DNA of 52,434 bases, from NCBI GenBank assembly GCA_035652295.1, contig DASREC010000222.1:1-52434 (forward strand), written 5' to 3'. The notes beneath the pieces were generated by a model. It did no database searches. It saw nothing but the letters and a program-made list of their open reading frames with translations, and was not told the origin of the DNA. This DNA is from Polyangia bacterium. GTDB taxonomy: Bacteria > Myxococcota_A > Polyangia > Palsa-1104. Position numbers and translations under genes: made by a program. Numbering within the stretch: position 1 is the stretch's first letter; the number at the start of each line of letters is the position of its first letter. Below are positions 13,482 through 22,340 of this stretch, one piece after another.

Positions 13482-16400
13482 TCAGCGCTCGACCTCCAAT
13501 TCCATGCCGGCGGAGTACGCGGTGATGTCGGGCGAGTACATCGACTGCACGACCGCCGAGGAGATGCGGTACTTGCCCGGCGTGGCGGGGCGCAGCGAGT
13601 GGCGCAGCTCGAGCTCGCCGTGCGGCAGCCAGTCGACGAAGAAGTTGGTGAGCGAGTCGCGCGGCTCCTCGTAGAACGACAGCTTCTCCCAGTGGTAGCC
13701 GGAGCGCAGCGTGGTCTCCTCGAAGCCCGCGCCGCGCGGCTCTTTGACGTGCACGTATTCGAACTGGCTGCCGGCTTTGATATACAAACGCACTTCAATG
13801 TCGTCGCCGACTTTGACTTTATCGCCGCTATGCAGCGGCTCGAGAATCGTCTCGCCGCCGCGGTGCACGCGTTTGAAATACTTTCGCTCGACCGAGACCA
13901 GCGTGCTCGGGTGCGCGTCCTGCAGCTTCGTCGACGAGTAGATCCACGTGCCCGAGGCGAACGCCACGCCCGGCCCCTGTTTGTCGATGCGCGCCTCGCC
14001 GTTCTGCGGCTTGAGCTCGGCGCCGGCGATTCGATACGTCAGCGGCTCCTGCCGCGAATCATCCGGTTTGATCGCGATCTCCGATTCAATCGCGCCCCAT
14101 TTCAAATGGAATTGCTCGGGCGTCTTCAATGCGCCGCTCTTCTCCATCAATTCGAGCAAGGAATAGACCGCGGCCGCGGACGCCTTGGTCGAGTGCCATT
14201 GATTGCCTTTGCGATTGAAGAGCAGCCATTGCGCCATGCCGGCGATGCGCGCGTCGTCGGGCTCGAGCTCGGCCAGCGTGCGCAGGAAGAACGCGTGTTT
14301 CTCGACGGAGTCCGAGTACCACATCCACGAATAGCGCTCCGGCGTCCAATAGACGCCAATCAATGGATCGCTCTTGGATCCGTCGAGCGCGCTCTCCAAT
14401 AGCTGCATCGCAGTCGCGCGATCGCCGAGCCGCGCCTCCACGCGCGCCATATATGCGCGCCCGAACGGCGTCAAAGTCTGCTTGTTCTCCAAGATCCATT
14501 TGCACCATTTTTTAATCTCGGGCAGCGCGCTGCCCACTCTAGTGAAGTATTTGCCGTCGAACGACGTGAGCACATAGGCGCCATAGGCGAGATACGCGAC
14601 GTCCGACTCCTCCGCTTTCATATGGCGCGGCAATTCGCCGATCACGTAATCGAGCGCGCGCGTGACCAGGGCATTCGGCGGCTCGATTCCGAATTCACGC
14701 AACAACGAAAACCCGTCCAATAGATAAAGCGTCATATAGAAGTTTCCCTCGCCGCCGGGAAACCACGGGAACGAGCCGTCGGGGCGCTGCGCGCGCGTGA
14801 GCTTGTCGAGCGCGTCCGACTGCATCGACGCCACCAGCTTGGGATCGAGCAGCCCGCGCAGCCGCGCGTCGTCGGAGCCGCCCTCGGACTGCCGCAGCCA
14901 CGGCGTCTCGGTCAGCTCGAGCAGCCGCCGCGGATCGTCCGAGCGCCAGGGCTCGTTCTCGGTCTTGCGGTGCGGCAGCGCCGCGATCGCCCGCGCCAGC
15001 TCGGGATGTTTTTTATAGATCTCGTTGACGATCGCCAGCGGCACGAAGCGATTGACCGTCTGCTCGGTGCACTCGTACGGGTATTCAATCAAATAGGGAA
15101 TCGACCGCAATATCGATAAAGCCAATTGCGGTTCAATCGAGATCACCATCGATTCATTGCGCAGCGACGGATCTTTGGATTGCAGCAATTCGTCGAATCG
15201 CAGCGTTTTATGATCGTTTCCATTCAACGCCACCACCTGCGATTGAATCAGCCGCTCGCGCGAGGGCAGCACCGGCAGCTCGCGCTCCTCGGCGTCGGCC
15301 TTCTTGCCCGCCACCGCCTGCGCGCGAACTTTGTACGTGGCGATGCCGTCGGGCGCGGCCAGCGCGAAGTCGACCGCTTGCAGCCCGTGCGCCGCGACGT
15401 TGACCGTCTTCGCCGAGTCCGTGACGCCGAGCTTCGCCAGCGCCGATTTCCCGTCGGGGCCGACGATCGCCAGCTCGACCTTCGCCTGCGCCGCCTGCGC
15501 GGTCTCGTTGTGCACCACCGCGGTCACCGTCGCGCGATCGCCCTCGCGCACGAAGCGCGGCAGCTCGACGCGCACCATCAGCTCCTTGCGCGTGACGAAC
15601 GTGTCCTCGGCGCGCCCCGCCTCGACGGCGCGGCCGAGCGCGAACACCTGCACGCGCCAGCTCGTCAGCCGCTCGGGCGCGGTGAACGAGTAGCGCCCCG
15701 CGCCGTTTTCGCCGACGCGCAGGTCGGGCAGGAACAGCGCGCTCTCGGCCATGTTGGTGCGCGGTGCAGGCGCGGGCGCGCTCCCGCCGTTGTGGTGCTT
15801 CGGGAGATCGACGCGCAAGCCGGTGGCGTCGTCGGGGCGGCCGTCCTCGTCTTGAAAGCCGTTGAACGACTCCGCCTCTTCGCGGTTGCCAAAGCCGCGC
15901 CGGTTGACCGCGAGCCGCAGCAGCCCTTCGCCGCCCATCGGCTGCGCGGCGGTGGTCGGCGCCGCCTCGCCGGTCATCACGCCCCTCGCGAATTGAAAAT
16001 CGCCGTCGCCGAAGAAGCGGCGCGTCGGTTCGAACGAGAAGCGCGGCAGGCCGCGCGCCCGGTACGCGCCCTGGACCTCTTTGCCGCGCCGCTGCTGAAG
16101 CGCGGTGTCGAGCGGCATCCACGAGCCGTAGCCGTGCGCGAAGCCGTCGGTGCGCTCGTCGGGCGCGGGCGGCGGTTGGTAGAGCCCGTCGGCCCACGCG
16201 CCGGCGCCGCGCGCGTACAATTCGAGCGAGCGATCGTAGATCGCCACCAGCGCCTCGCCGGCCACGGGCTTCCCGCGCGCGTCTTTCACCTCGATGCCCC
16301 ACTCCGCTTTCTGGCCCGGCTCGAGCGAGGCGGCGCGCGGCGCGAACGTGACCGCGAGCTTCTTGTCCTTGCGTTCGAGCGTCACGCCGGCGTCGGCGCC

Positions 16401-19400
16401 CTGCACGTCGAGGCCGAGCGTGCCGAGCCAGCGCAGCGTGAAGCCGTTCGCCTGCGGCGCGTCGACCTCGACCACGCGCACCTTCGCGCCCGCGGCGAGC
16501 GCGTGCCACACCAGCTTGCGCCAGGTCCAGACTTCCAGGTGATAGTTGCCCGACGCCCAGCCGCTGCCGACGAGGAACTGCACCTTGGCGCGCGGCTCGG
16601 CGGTGGTGGTGCGCGCGATCGCCAGCGGCGGCAGCGCCAGCGGCACGGCGCGCGTCTTCGCGTCGGCGACCAGGAACGAGCACGCGCCCTTGACCGTCGC
16701 GCCCCACGGATCTTTCGTCTCCAGCTCGAGGCGATAGCCGCCGGCCTCGAGCGCGGGCAGCGCGAGCGGCGACGGTTTGCCGGCGATGAACTTCACCTCG
16801 CCGCGCGCCGCCACCGCGCCGAGCGGATACGTTCGCAGCGCGCGCGCCAACTCGAGACCGGCGTCGGGCCGCGCGGCCGGCTCGCCGAGCTTGCGCACCT
16901 GCCACGTCGCCGCGCCCGCCACCGCCACCTCCGCGAGGTTGGTCAGCCGCGCGTCGATCGCCGGTTTCTCGTCGGAGAAGAAGAAGCCGTTCGCCCCTTG
17001 CGCCGACAGGAGCAGCGACTGCGCGCCGACGCGCACGCTCGACTGCGCGCTGATGGTGCGCCCGCCGGCGTCGTGCGCCTCGACCTCGATCTCGAAGTCG
17101 CTCACGTCCGGCACGTCGGGATCGTCGATATGCGGCTCGGTCGGATCGCGCTCGGGCGTGAACGCGATCTTGAACGCGCCCGACGCGTCGCTCTTCGCCT
17201 CGCTGCGCAGGATCTCTTTCTTCCCCGACGAGCGGTACCACGACCACCACGGCGTCCACTTGCGGCGCGACACGACGTACTTGACCGTCACGTCGGGCGC
17301 GGCGCCGCCGAAGTAGTATTTGATGGTGCCGGGCACCTCGGCTTTGCGGCCGTAGCGCTGCGCGTCCTTGGGCGCGTCGAGCGTGATCTCGAACTCGGGG
17401 CGCTTGTACTCCTCGACTGCGACGCCGAGGCTCGACGACACGTCGGGCAGCCCCGGCGCGGTGACGATGAGCTGGTACTGGCCGAGCAGCGCCTTGGCGG
17501 GGATCGCGAACGTGGCGGCCGCCGAGCCCATCGCGCCGGCGGTGAGCTCCTTCGACGCGGCGGTCTTGCCGTTGGCGTCGCGCAATTCGAGGCGCAGCTT
17601 GCGGCCGGCGTCGACTTTGAAGTTGCCGTCGCCGGCGCGCGCGATCGAGGTGACGCGCACTTTGACGTCCTGGCCCGGGCGATAGATCGGGCGATCGGTT
17701 TGCAGGTAGAGGACTAGCGGCGCTTCGTGATTGCGCGGGTTGTGGTAGCCAACGTTGGGGAAGAGCGCGAGCGAGTCGCCGCGCATCGCCAGCGCGTCGA
17801 GCTGCATGGCGCCGGCGATGGGAAAGCTCCAGACGGCCACGCCGTCGGCGCCGCTCTGCGCTGCGGCAGATTGCCGCACCCGCCAGTCGTGCGACCACAG
17901 CACGGCGACGTCGGCGCCGGGCGCCGGGCCGCTCGTCGCCGCGTCGAACACGTAGAAGCGTGCCGCCGCGTCGGTGTCGGCGCGCACGATGGCGAGGTCG
18001 GTGACGTCGAGGAACGCCGCCGACATCACGTCCTGGCCCTGGTGCAGGTGCGCGTCGCCCGACGCCACGATCGCGTACAGGCCGTTCGCCGCCACCGGCG
18101 CATCCGCGTCGAGCTCGAGGAAGCGGTGGTCGCCGCGATCGGGCAGCTTCACCGACCACTCGCGCAGCGGTTTGCGCGCGAGCCAGGCGCGCACCTGCGG
18201 CTCCGACGGGCGCGTCAGCTTCTCGGACCAGAAGTGGCCGTCGGCCTCGCGCTCGGGATCGATCTTGTAGAGGCGCAAGTAGACGGTCGCGAGGTTGCGC
18301 GCGCGAAGGTGCAGCGCGCTCCTGGCCGGCAGGCGCGTGACGTGCGCGCTCACGTCGAGCGTTCGGTCGAGCACGCGCTGGCGCGTCTGGCGGCAGCGCA
18401 GCGCCTCGGCGCCGTCGGCGGGCGCCTCCTTCAAGACGCGCTCGCACGCGTCGAGCGCGCGCTCGGGCTCGTCGCGCTCGACTTCGATCTCGGCGGCGGT
18501 GGCGCCGGCCTCCGCGCGCCCACCGACGGTGCGAAACGATCCGGCCCACGCTTCGAGCCGCGCCGCCAGCGCCGCGAGATACGCCTTGCGCTGCTCGGCG
18601 GTGCGCGCGCCCGCCAGCGCGTGCGGCACCATCGCGCGCAGCACGCGCCAGCGCTCGCTCGCGGTCGCGCGCCCGACCGGCCCACCGTCGAGCCGCGACG
18701 CGTCCTCGTACAGCGCGCCCAATCGCGCGGCCAGCGGCTCCTTCACCAGCTCGCGCGAGAACGTCTCCGCCGTCCACTCGACCGGCTCGATCGGCCGCTC
18801 GGCGCCCGCGTGCGCGCGCTCGAGCGCCCCGAGCCGCAGCACCACGAAGTCCCACAGCGACGGGAACCGCTCGCCCTCGAAGTTCTTGAGCACGAGATAG
18901 TCTTTGAAGCGATCGATCGGCACGCGCGCCAGCCGCTCGCGCGCGCCCCACAGCGCCGCCAGCGCCGCCTCGATCTCGCGGTCCACCTGCGCGCGCGACA
19001 GCTTGGCCGATCCCTCCGCGCCGCCCTCGGTCTCCTCGGGAAAGCCGTACCAGGACTCGACGCCCGAGAACATCTCCAGCTTGAGCAACTCGACCAGCGC
19101 CGCCAGCGAGACGTTCGCCGGCACGCGCGCGGCGCGCACGCGATCGAGCGCGTGCTCGTGCTGGTTGAGCAGCGTCTCGCACTCGGTGGCGCGAAACAGC
19201 GCGCGCGTGTAGACGTCGTCGCTCTTGGCGCTCTTCTGCGCGGCGTCGTACCTGGCCAGCGCTTCGTCGTATTTCCCGTCGGCGAACGCCTTGTCCGCGT
19301 CGGGAAACGCCACCGGCCCGACCGCCGCGTCGTCGCCCTTCGCCTGCGCCGGGCGATTACCGCAGCCGCACGCGAAGACCGCCAACGCCAACGACACACC

Positions 19401-19424
19401 CGTCGCCCAGCTCTGCATGCGCAT
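13482..19424 (-). CDS. Alpha-2-macroglobulin family lipoprotein with an intact thioester motif (1980 aa)
   Basis: Lipoprotein-type signal peptide (LALAVFACGC). A helical N-terminal region of about 370 aa, then repeated MG-like beta domains. Thioester site YPYECTEQ is encoded at 15061-15087. The C-terminal ...SMYSPDITAYSAGMELEVER resembles A2M receptor-domain ends. Confidence 0.9.
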   Translation of the reverse strand: MRMQSWATGVSLALAVFACGCGNRPAQAKGDDAAVGPVAFPDADKAFADGKYDEALARYDAAQKSAKSDDVYTRALFRATECETLLNQHEHALDRVRAARVPANVSLAALVELLKLEMFSGVESWYGFPEETEGGAEGSAKLSRAQVDREIEAALAALWGARERLARVPIDRFKDYLVLKNFEGERFPSLWDFVVLRLGALERAHAGAERPIEPVEWTAETFSRELVKEPLAARLGALYEDASRLDGGPVGRATASERWRVLRAMVPHALAGARTAEQRKAYLAALAARLEAWAGSFRTVGGRAEAGATAAEIEVERDEPERALDACERVLKEAPADGAEALRCRQTRQRVLDRTLDVSAHVTRLPARSALHLRARNLATVYLRLYKIDPEREADGHFWSEKLTRPSEPQVRAWLARKPLREWSVKLPDRGDHRFLELDADAPVAANGLYAIVASGDAHLHQGQDVMSAAFLDVTDLAIVRADTDAAARFYVFDAATSGPAPGADVAVLWSHDWRVRQSAAAQSGADGVAVWSFPIAGAMQLDALAMRGDSLALFPNVGYHNPRNHEAPLVLYLQTDRPIYRPGQDVKVRVTSIARAGDGNFKVDAGRKLRLELRDANGKTAASKELTAGAMGSAAATFAIPAKALLGQYQLIVTAPGLPDVSSSLGVAVEEYKRPEFEITLDAPKDAQRYGRKAEVPGTIKYYFGGAAPDVTVKYVVSRRKWTPWWSWYRSSGKKEILRSEAKSDASGAFKIAFTPERDPTEPHIDDPDVPDVSDFEIEVEAHDAGGRTISAQSSVRVGAQSLLLSAQGANGFFFSDEKPAIDARLTNLAEVAVAGAATWQVRKLGEPAARPDAGLELARALRTYPLGAVAARGEVKFIAGKPSPLALPALEAGGYRLELETKDPWGATVKGACSFLVADAKTRAVPLALPPLAIARTTTAEPRAKVQFLVGSGWASGNYHLEVWTWRKLVWHALAAGAKVRVVEVDAPQANGFTLRWLGTLGLDVQGADAGVTLERKDKKLAVTFAPRAASLEPGQKAEWGIEVKDARGKPVAGEALVAIYDRSLELYARGAGAWADGLYQPPPAPDERTDGFAHGYGSWMPLDTALQQRRGKEVQGAYRARGLPRFSFEPTRRFFGDGDFQFARGVMTGEAAPTTAAQPMGGEGLLRLAVNRRGFGNREEAESFNGFQDEDGRPDDATGLRVDLPKHHNGGSAPAPAPRTNMAESALFLPDLRVGENGAGRYSFTAPERLTSWRVQVFALGRAVEAGRAEDTFVTRKELMVRVELPRFVREGDRATVTAVVHNETAQAAQAKVELAIVGPDGKSALAKLGVTDSAKTVNVAAHGLQAVDFALAAPDGIATYKVRAQAVAGKKADAEERELPVLPSRERLIQSQVVALNGNDHKTLRFDELLQSKDPSLRNESMVISIEPQLALSILRSIPYLIEYPYECTEQTVNRFVPLAIVNEIYKKHPELARAIAALPHRKTENEPWRSDDPRRLLELTETPWLRQSEGGSDDARLRGLLDPKLVASMQSDALDKLTRAQRPDGSFPWFPGGEGNFYMTLYLLDGFSLLREFGIEPPNALVTRALDYVIGELPRHMKAEESDVAYLAYGAYVLTSFDGKYFTRVGSALPEIKKWCKWILENKQTLTPFGRAYMARVEARLGDRATAMQLLESALDGSKSDPLIGVYWTPERYSWMWYSDSVEKHAFFLRTLAELEPDDARIAGMAQWLLFNRKGNQWHSTKASAAAVYSLLELMEKSGALKTPEQFHLKWGAIESEIAIKPDDSRQEPLTYRIAGAELKPQNGEARIDKQGPGVAFASGTWIYSSTKLQDAHPSTLVSVERKYFKRVHRGGETILEPLHSGDKVKVGDDIEVRLYIKAGSQFEYVHVKEPRGAGFEETTLRSGYHWEKLSFYEEPRDSLTNFFVDWLPHGELELRHSLRPATPGKYRISSAVVQSMYSPDITAYSAGMELEVER

Positions 19425-19499
19425 GCCCCCAGTGAAGACGAACGACCGTACCGAAGGGTCTATCCGCCTTTGGACTGCGCGCAGTATCGCAGAGGTTGG

Positions 19500-20159
19500 C
19501 TACTTCGGATCGGCGCCGCAGGCGGGGTCGTCCTTGCAGCGCGCGATGGTCTCGAGCAGCGTCGCGCCGTCGCCGGTCGTGGTCTTGCCCTCGACCTTCT
19601 TCGCGAGCTTGCGCTTTTTCTCGACGGGGCGCGCCGCCACCGGCTGCGGTTCCGGCTTGGCGATCGCGGCCGCGGGCGCCGGCCGCTCGATCGGCGCCGC
19701 CACCGGCACCGCGGCCGGCACCGGCACCATGCGCTCGCGGATGATCGGCTCGCGCGTCACCATCAGCACGAACATGCCGACCGCCGCCGCCGTGGTCAGC
19801 GCCAGCGCCACCGCCCAGCCGCGCGGCAGCCGCGCAGGCACGAGCGCCGGCGCCGGCGCCGGCTCGCGTTCGCGCGATCGCGCCAGCTCCAGCTCGTGCG
19901 CGCGCTCGCGTTCCCGCTCGCGCTGGCGGTCCCGTTCGCGCTCGCGCTCCCGCTCCCGTTCGCGCTCGAGCTTTTCGCGCAGCACCTCCACTTGCGCCTG
20001 CGCCTCGACCAGCTCGCGCGCCGCCCGCTCGCGCGCCTCCTCCTCGGCGCGCGCCTTGCGCTCCTCCTCTTCCGCCTTGGCGCGCTCCTCCGCCACCCGC
20101 TCGAGCTCGATCCGCCGCAAATCTCCGAGCGCCACGATCACGCTGCTCTCTGTCCGCAT
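19500..20159 (-). CDS. Glu/Arg-repeat (ER/K-type) coiled or single-helix membrane protein
   Basis: Begins MRTESSVIVALGDLRRIE. An uninterrupted charged helix of about 100 aa includes ERERERERERERDRQRERERER, followed by one TM helix (WAVALALTTAAAVGMFVLMV) and a Pro/Ala-rich tail ending CKDDPACGADPK. GGAGGA lies 6 nt upstream of the ATG at 20159. Confidence 0.65.
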   Translation of the reverse strand: MRTESSVIVALGDLRRIELERVAEERAKAEEEERKARAEEEARERAARELVEAQAQVEVLREKLERERERERERERDRQRERERERAHELELARSREREPAPAPALVPARLPRGWAVALALTTAAAVGMFVLMVTREPIIRERMVPVPAAVPVAAPIERPAPAAAIAKPEPQPVAARPVEKKRKLAKKVEGKTTTGDGATLLETIARCKDDPACGADPK

Positions 20160-20180
20160 CGCGTCCTCCGCATCCACGCA

Positions 20181-20198
20181 TCGCAGGTTCCGCGCCAG
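20181..20198 (-). promoter_or_regulatory. Candidate sigma-54 (-24/-12) promoter
   Basis: The minus strand reads C TGGCGCG GAAC CTGC GA. This has GG-N10-GC spacing and matches the consensus TGGCACG-N4-TTGC at 9 of 11 specified positions. It sits about 25 nt upstream of the ATG at 20159 and immediately downstream of the sigma-54 activator gene. Confidence 0.35.
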
Positions 20199-20271
20199 CG
20201 CGCGCACCCCGCCGCACCGCCGCGTCTCCGACGGCTCGCGCCTGGTTTGCTATTGGACGTAGAATCGCGAT

Positions 20272-21918
20272 CTATCCTTTGCGACTTTCGCGGATCCGCA
20301 GGCCGAGCTGGTTGAAGCGCAGCCGCACGCGCCGCGCGTTCGACGAGGCGTTGCCGTGCAGGAGCCGCTTCGCCATCGCGGTGAAATCGCCGCCGCACTC
20401 TTTGTAGAGCGCGGCGTAGAGCTTGCGCTCCAGCTCCTGCGCCACCTGGCGCAGCGTCGCGCCCGCTTCGACGTCGGCCGCCGCGCCGCGCGTCTTGACC
20501 GCCGCGCTCTCCCACGATCCGGCGACGAGGTCGCGCACCAGCTTGGCGGGGATCGGGATCGTGCGCGCCGCCTGGCCCGACGGCGCGCGCCCCTCCTCGA
20601 CGGCGCGCAAGGCGTCGGCGAGCGCGAACACGGCGGCGCTGGCGGCGAGCAGGCCGAGCTCGCGCACGTTGCCCGGCCACGCGTGCGCGCGCAGCGCGGC
20701 GATGGTCGCCGGCGCGATCGCAAACGCCACGCCGCGCGACGGCGGCGGCGGCGCGCGCCCGAGCGCCAGCTCCGCGTGCGGCGGACCGGCTAGCTTGGCC
20801 GCGTCGAGGTACGCCGCCAGGAGCGCGCGATCCGCGCCCGAGGCGAACGTCCGCTGCACGAACGCGCCCAGCAGCTCCTCGAGATCGGCGAGCCGCTCGC
20901 GCAGGGGCGGCAGCACGATGCGCGCCGCGGGATTGAGCCGCGCCAGCAGATCGGCGCGAAACGTCCCCGCGCGCACCGCCGCCTGCAGATCGGCGTTGGT
21001 CGCCGCCACCAGCTTCACGTCGACGGGGCGCGGCGTGTTCTCGCCGAGCCGCGTGACCTGCTTCTCCTCGAGCGCGAGCAGCAGCATGCGCTGCGCCTCC
21101 GGCGGCAGGCTGCCGATCTCGTCGAGCAGCAGCGTGCCGCCGTGCGCGCGCTCGAACCGCCCCGCGCGCTCGACCGCGCCCGAGAACGCGCCGCGCGCGG
21201 TGCCGAACAGCTCGGCCGCCACCAGCGTCGGCGGAATCGCCGACAGATCGACCGACACGAACGGCCCGCGCCGCGCCAGCACGTGCTCGGCGAGCGCGCT
21301 CTTGCCGGTGCCGGTCTCGCCGAGCAGCAGCACCGGCAGCGACGTGCGCGAGAGCGTGAGCGCGTCGCGCCGCACGCGCGCCATCGACGCCGTGCGCCCC
21401 CACAAATAACCGCCCGCCGCCGGCGCGTCGCGGCGCCGCGCCAGCACGCGCTCGACCAAGAGCCCGAGCGCGCGCGCATCGAACGCGTCGGCGCCCGCCA
21501 GCGTCACGAACTCGTCGACGGCCAGCGCCTCGGCCGCGTCCTCGTAGCGCAGCTCCTCCTCGGAGGTCATCAGCACCACCGGCAATTCGCCGCGCGCGCG
21601 CCGCAGCTGCGCGAGGATGTCGAGCCCCTGCAAGCGCCGCCGCCGCTCGAGGTCGCCCGCCGCCGGCACCAGCCGCGCCTCGTCGAGCTCGAAGGCGACG
21701 TCGAGCAGCACCACGTCGACGTCGGGGTGCCGCTCGAGCGCGTCGGCCGCCTCGCGCGCGTCGTGCGCGTGGGTGAGCGTGCAGCCGGCGCGGCGCTCGC
21801 ACGTCCAGCACGGCCCGTCGAGCTCGCAGCGCGTGGCGTAGGCGTAGTCGCGCAGGAAGCGGTGCGCCAGCTCGACGTAGCGATCGCCGTCGTCGACGAT
21901 CAGCAGCTTGGGCTTCAC
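20272..21918 (-). CDS. Sigma-54-dependent activator with an atypical Cys-containing receiver-like N-domain
   Basis: GTG start at 21918, with GGGAGG upstream and a GTGA overlap with the preceding stop. LLIVDDGD ... VVLLDVAFE receiver-like fold, Walker A GETGTGKS, GAFSGA loop, WPGNVREL, and a C-terminal HTH (GGDFTAMAKRLL). The 143 codons upstream in the track ORF are an off-frame shadow of the neighbouring gene. Confidence 0.85.
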   Translation of the reverse strand: MKPKLLIVDDGDRYVELAHRFLRDYAYATRCELDGPCWTCERRAGCTLTHAHDAREAADALERHPDVDVVLLDVAFELDEARLVPAAGDLERRRRLQGLDILAQLRRARGELPVVLMTSEEELRYEDAAEALAVDEFVTLAGADAFDARALGLLVERVLARRRDAPAAGGYLWGRTASMARVRRDALTLSRTSLPVLLLGETGTGKSALAEHVLARRGPFVSVDLSAIPPTLVAAELFGTARGAFSGAVERAGRFERAHGGTLLLDEIGSLPPEAQRMLLLALEEKQVTRLGENTPRPVDVKLVAATNADLQAAVRAGTFRADLLARLNPAARIVLPPLRERLADLEELLGAFVQRTFASGADRALLAAYLDAAKLAGPPHAELALGRAPPPPSRGVAFAIAPATIAALRAHAWPGNVRELGLLAASAAVFALADALRAVEEGRAPSGQAARTIPIPAKLVRDLVAGSWESAAVKTRGAAADVEAGATLRQVAQELERKLYAALYKECGGDFTAMAKRLLHGNASSNARRVRLRFNQLGLRIRESRKG

Positions 21919-22340
21919 GGCACCTCCCGCGCGAGCGCGCGCAGGCGGCGCTCGACCTCGACGGCGATCGCCGCGCCGCGCTCGACCGCGCGCGCGTCGC
22001 CGGCGCGCAGCGGCGCCTCGAGCGCGTCGGCTTCGGCGAGCAGCGCGCGCGCGACCCGCAATTCGGAGCGCGCGTTCGACAGCTGCGCGTCGAGCATCGA
22101 CCAGCACGCGGGCGGGCCATCCGCTCGGCCATTCGTGCTCGGATCGGCGATCGGCACCGCCAGCTCGTCGAGCACGATCGACGCGCGCTCGCGCTTCGCG
22201 CCCAGCTCGTAGAGATCGCGCGCCAGCATCGCCACCAGCTCGGCGTCGAGCGCGACGCCTGACTTCAAGTTGCGCGCGGTGCGGGCGACGTACTTGGCGA
22301 CGTCGTGCACGATGCGCAGCGCCGCCTCGCGCGGCGTCAC
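21915..22340 (-). CDS. Hypothetical all-helical 141-aa protein
   Basis: Clean ORF whose start and stop each overlap the adjacent gene by 4 nt. Non-shadow composition. No family recognised. Confidence 0.6.
   Translation of the reverse strand: MTPREAALRIVHDVAKYVARTARNLKSGVALDAELVAMLARDLYELGAKRERASIVLDELAVPIADPSTNGRADGPPACWSMLDAQLSNARSELRVARALLAEADALEAPLRAGDARAVERGAAIAVEVERRLRALAREVP

Noticed and set aside
19440-19470. A sigma-54-like GGTACG-N4-TTCGT directly upstream of the A2M 1 start.
   Set aside because: The -12 element reads CG, not GC, at the required GG-N10-GC spacing. The site is also only about 25 nt from the ATG and has a poorer match than the 20181-20198 site.
15126-20315. Large ORFs 15126-17717 (+), 17727-20315 (+) and 15208-19182 (-), all overlapping A2M 1.
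   Set aside because: They are shadow frames with Arg-rich, low-complexity translations. The A2M frame carries the signal peptide, the MG-like repeats and the CTEQ thioester.
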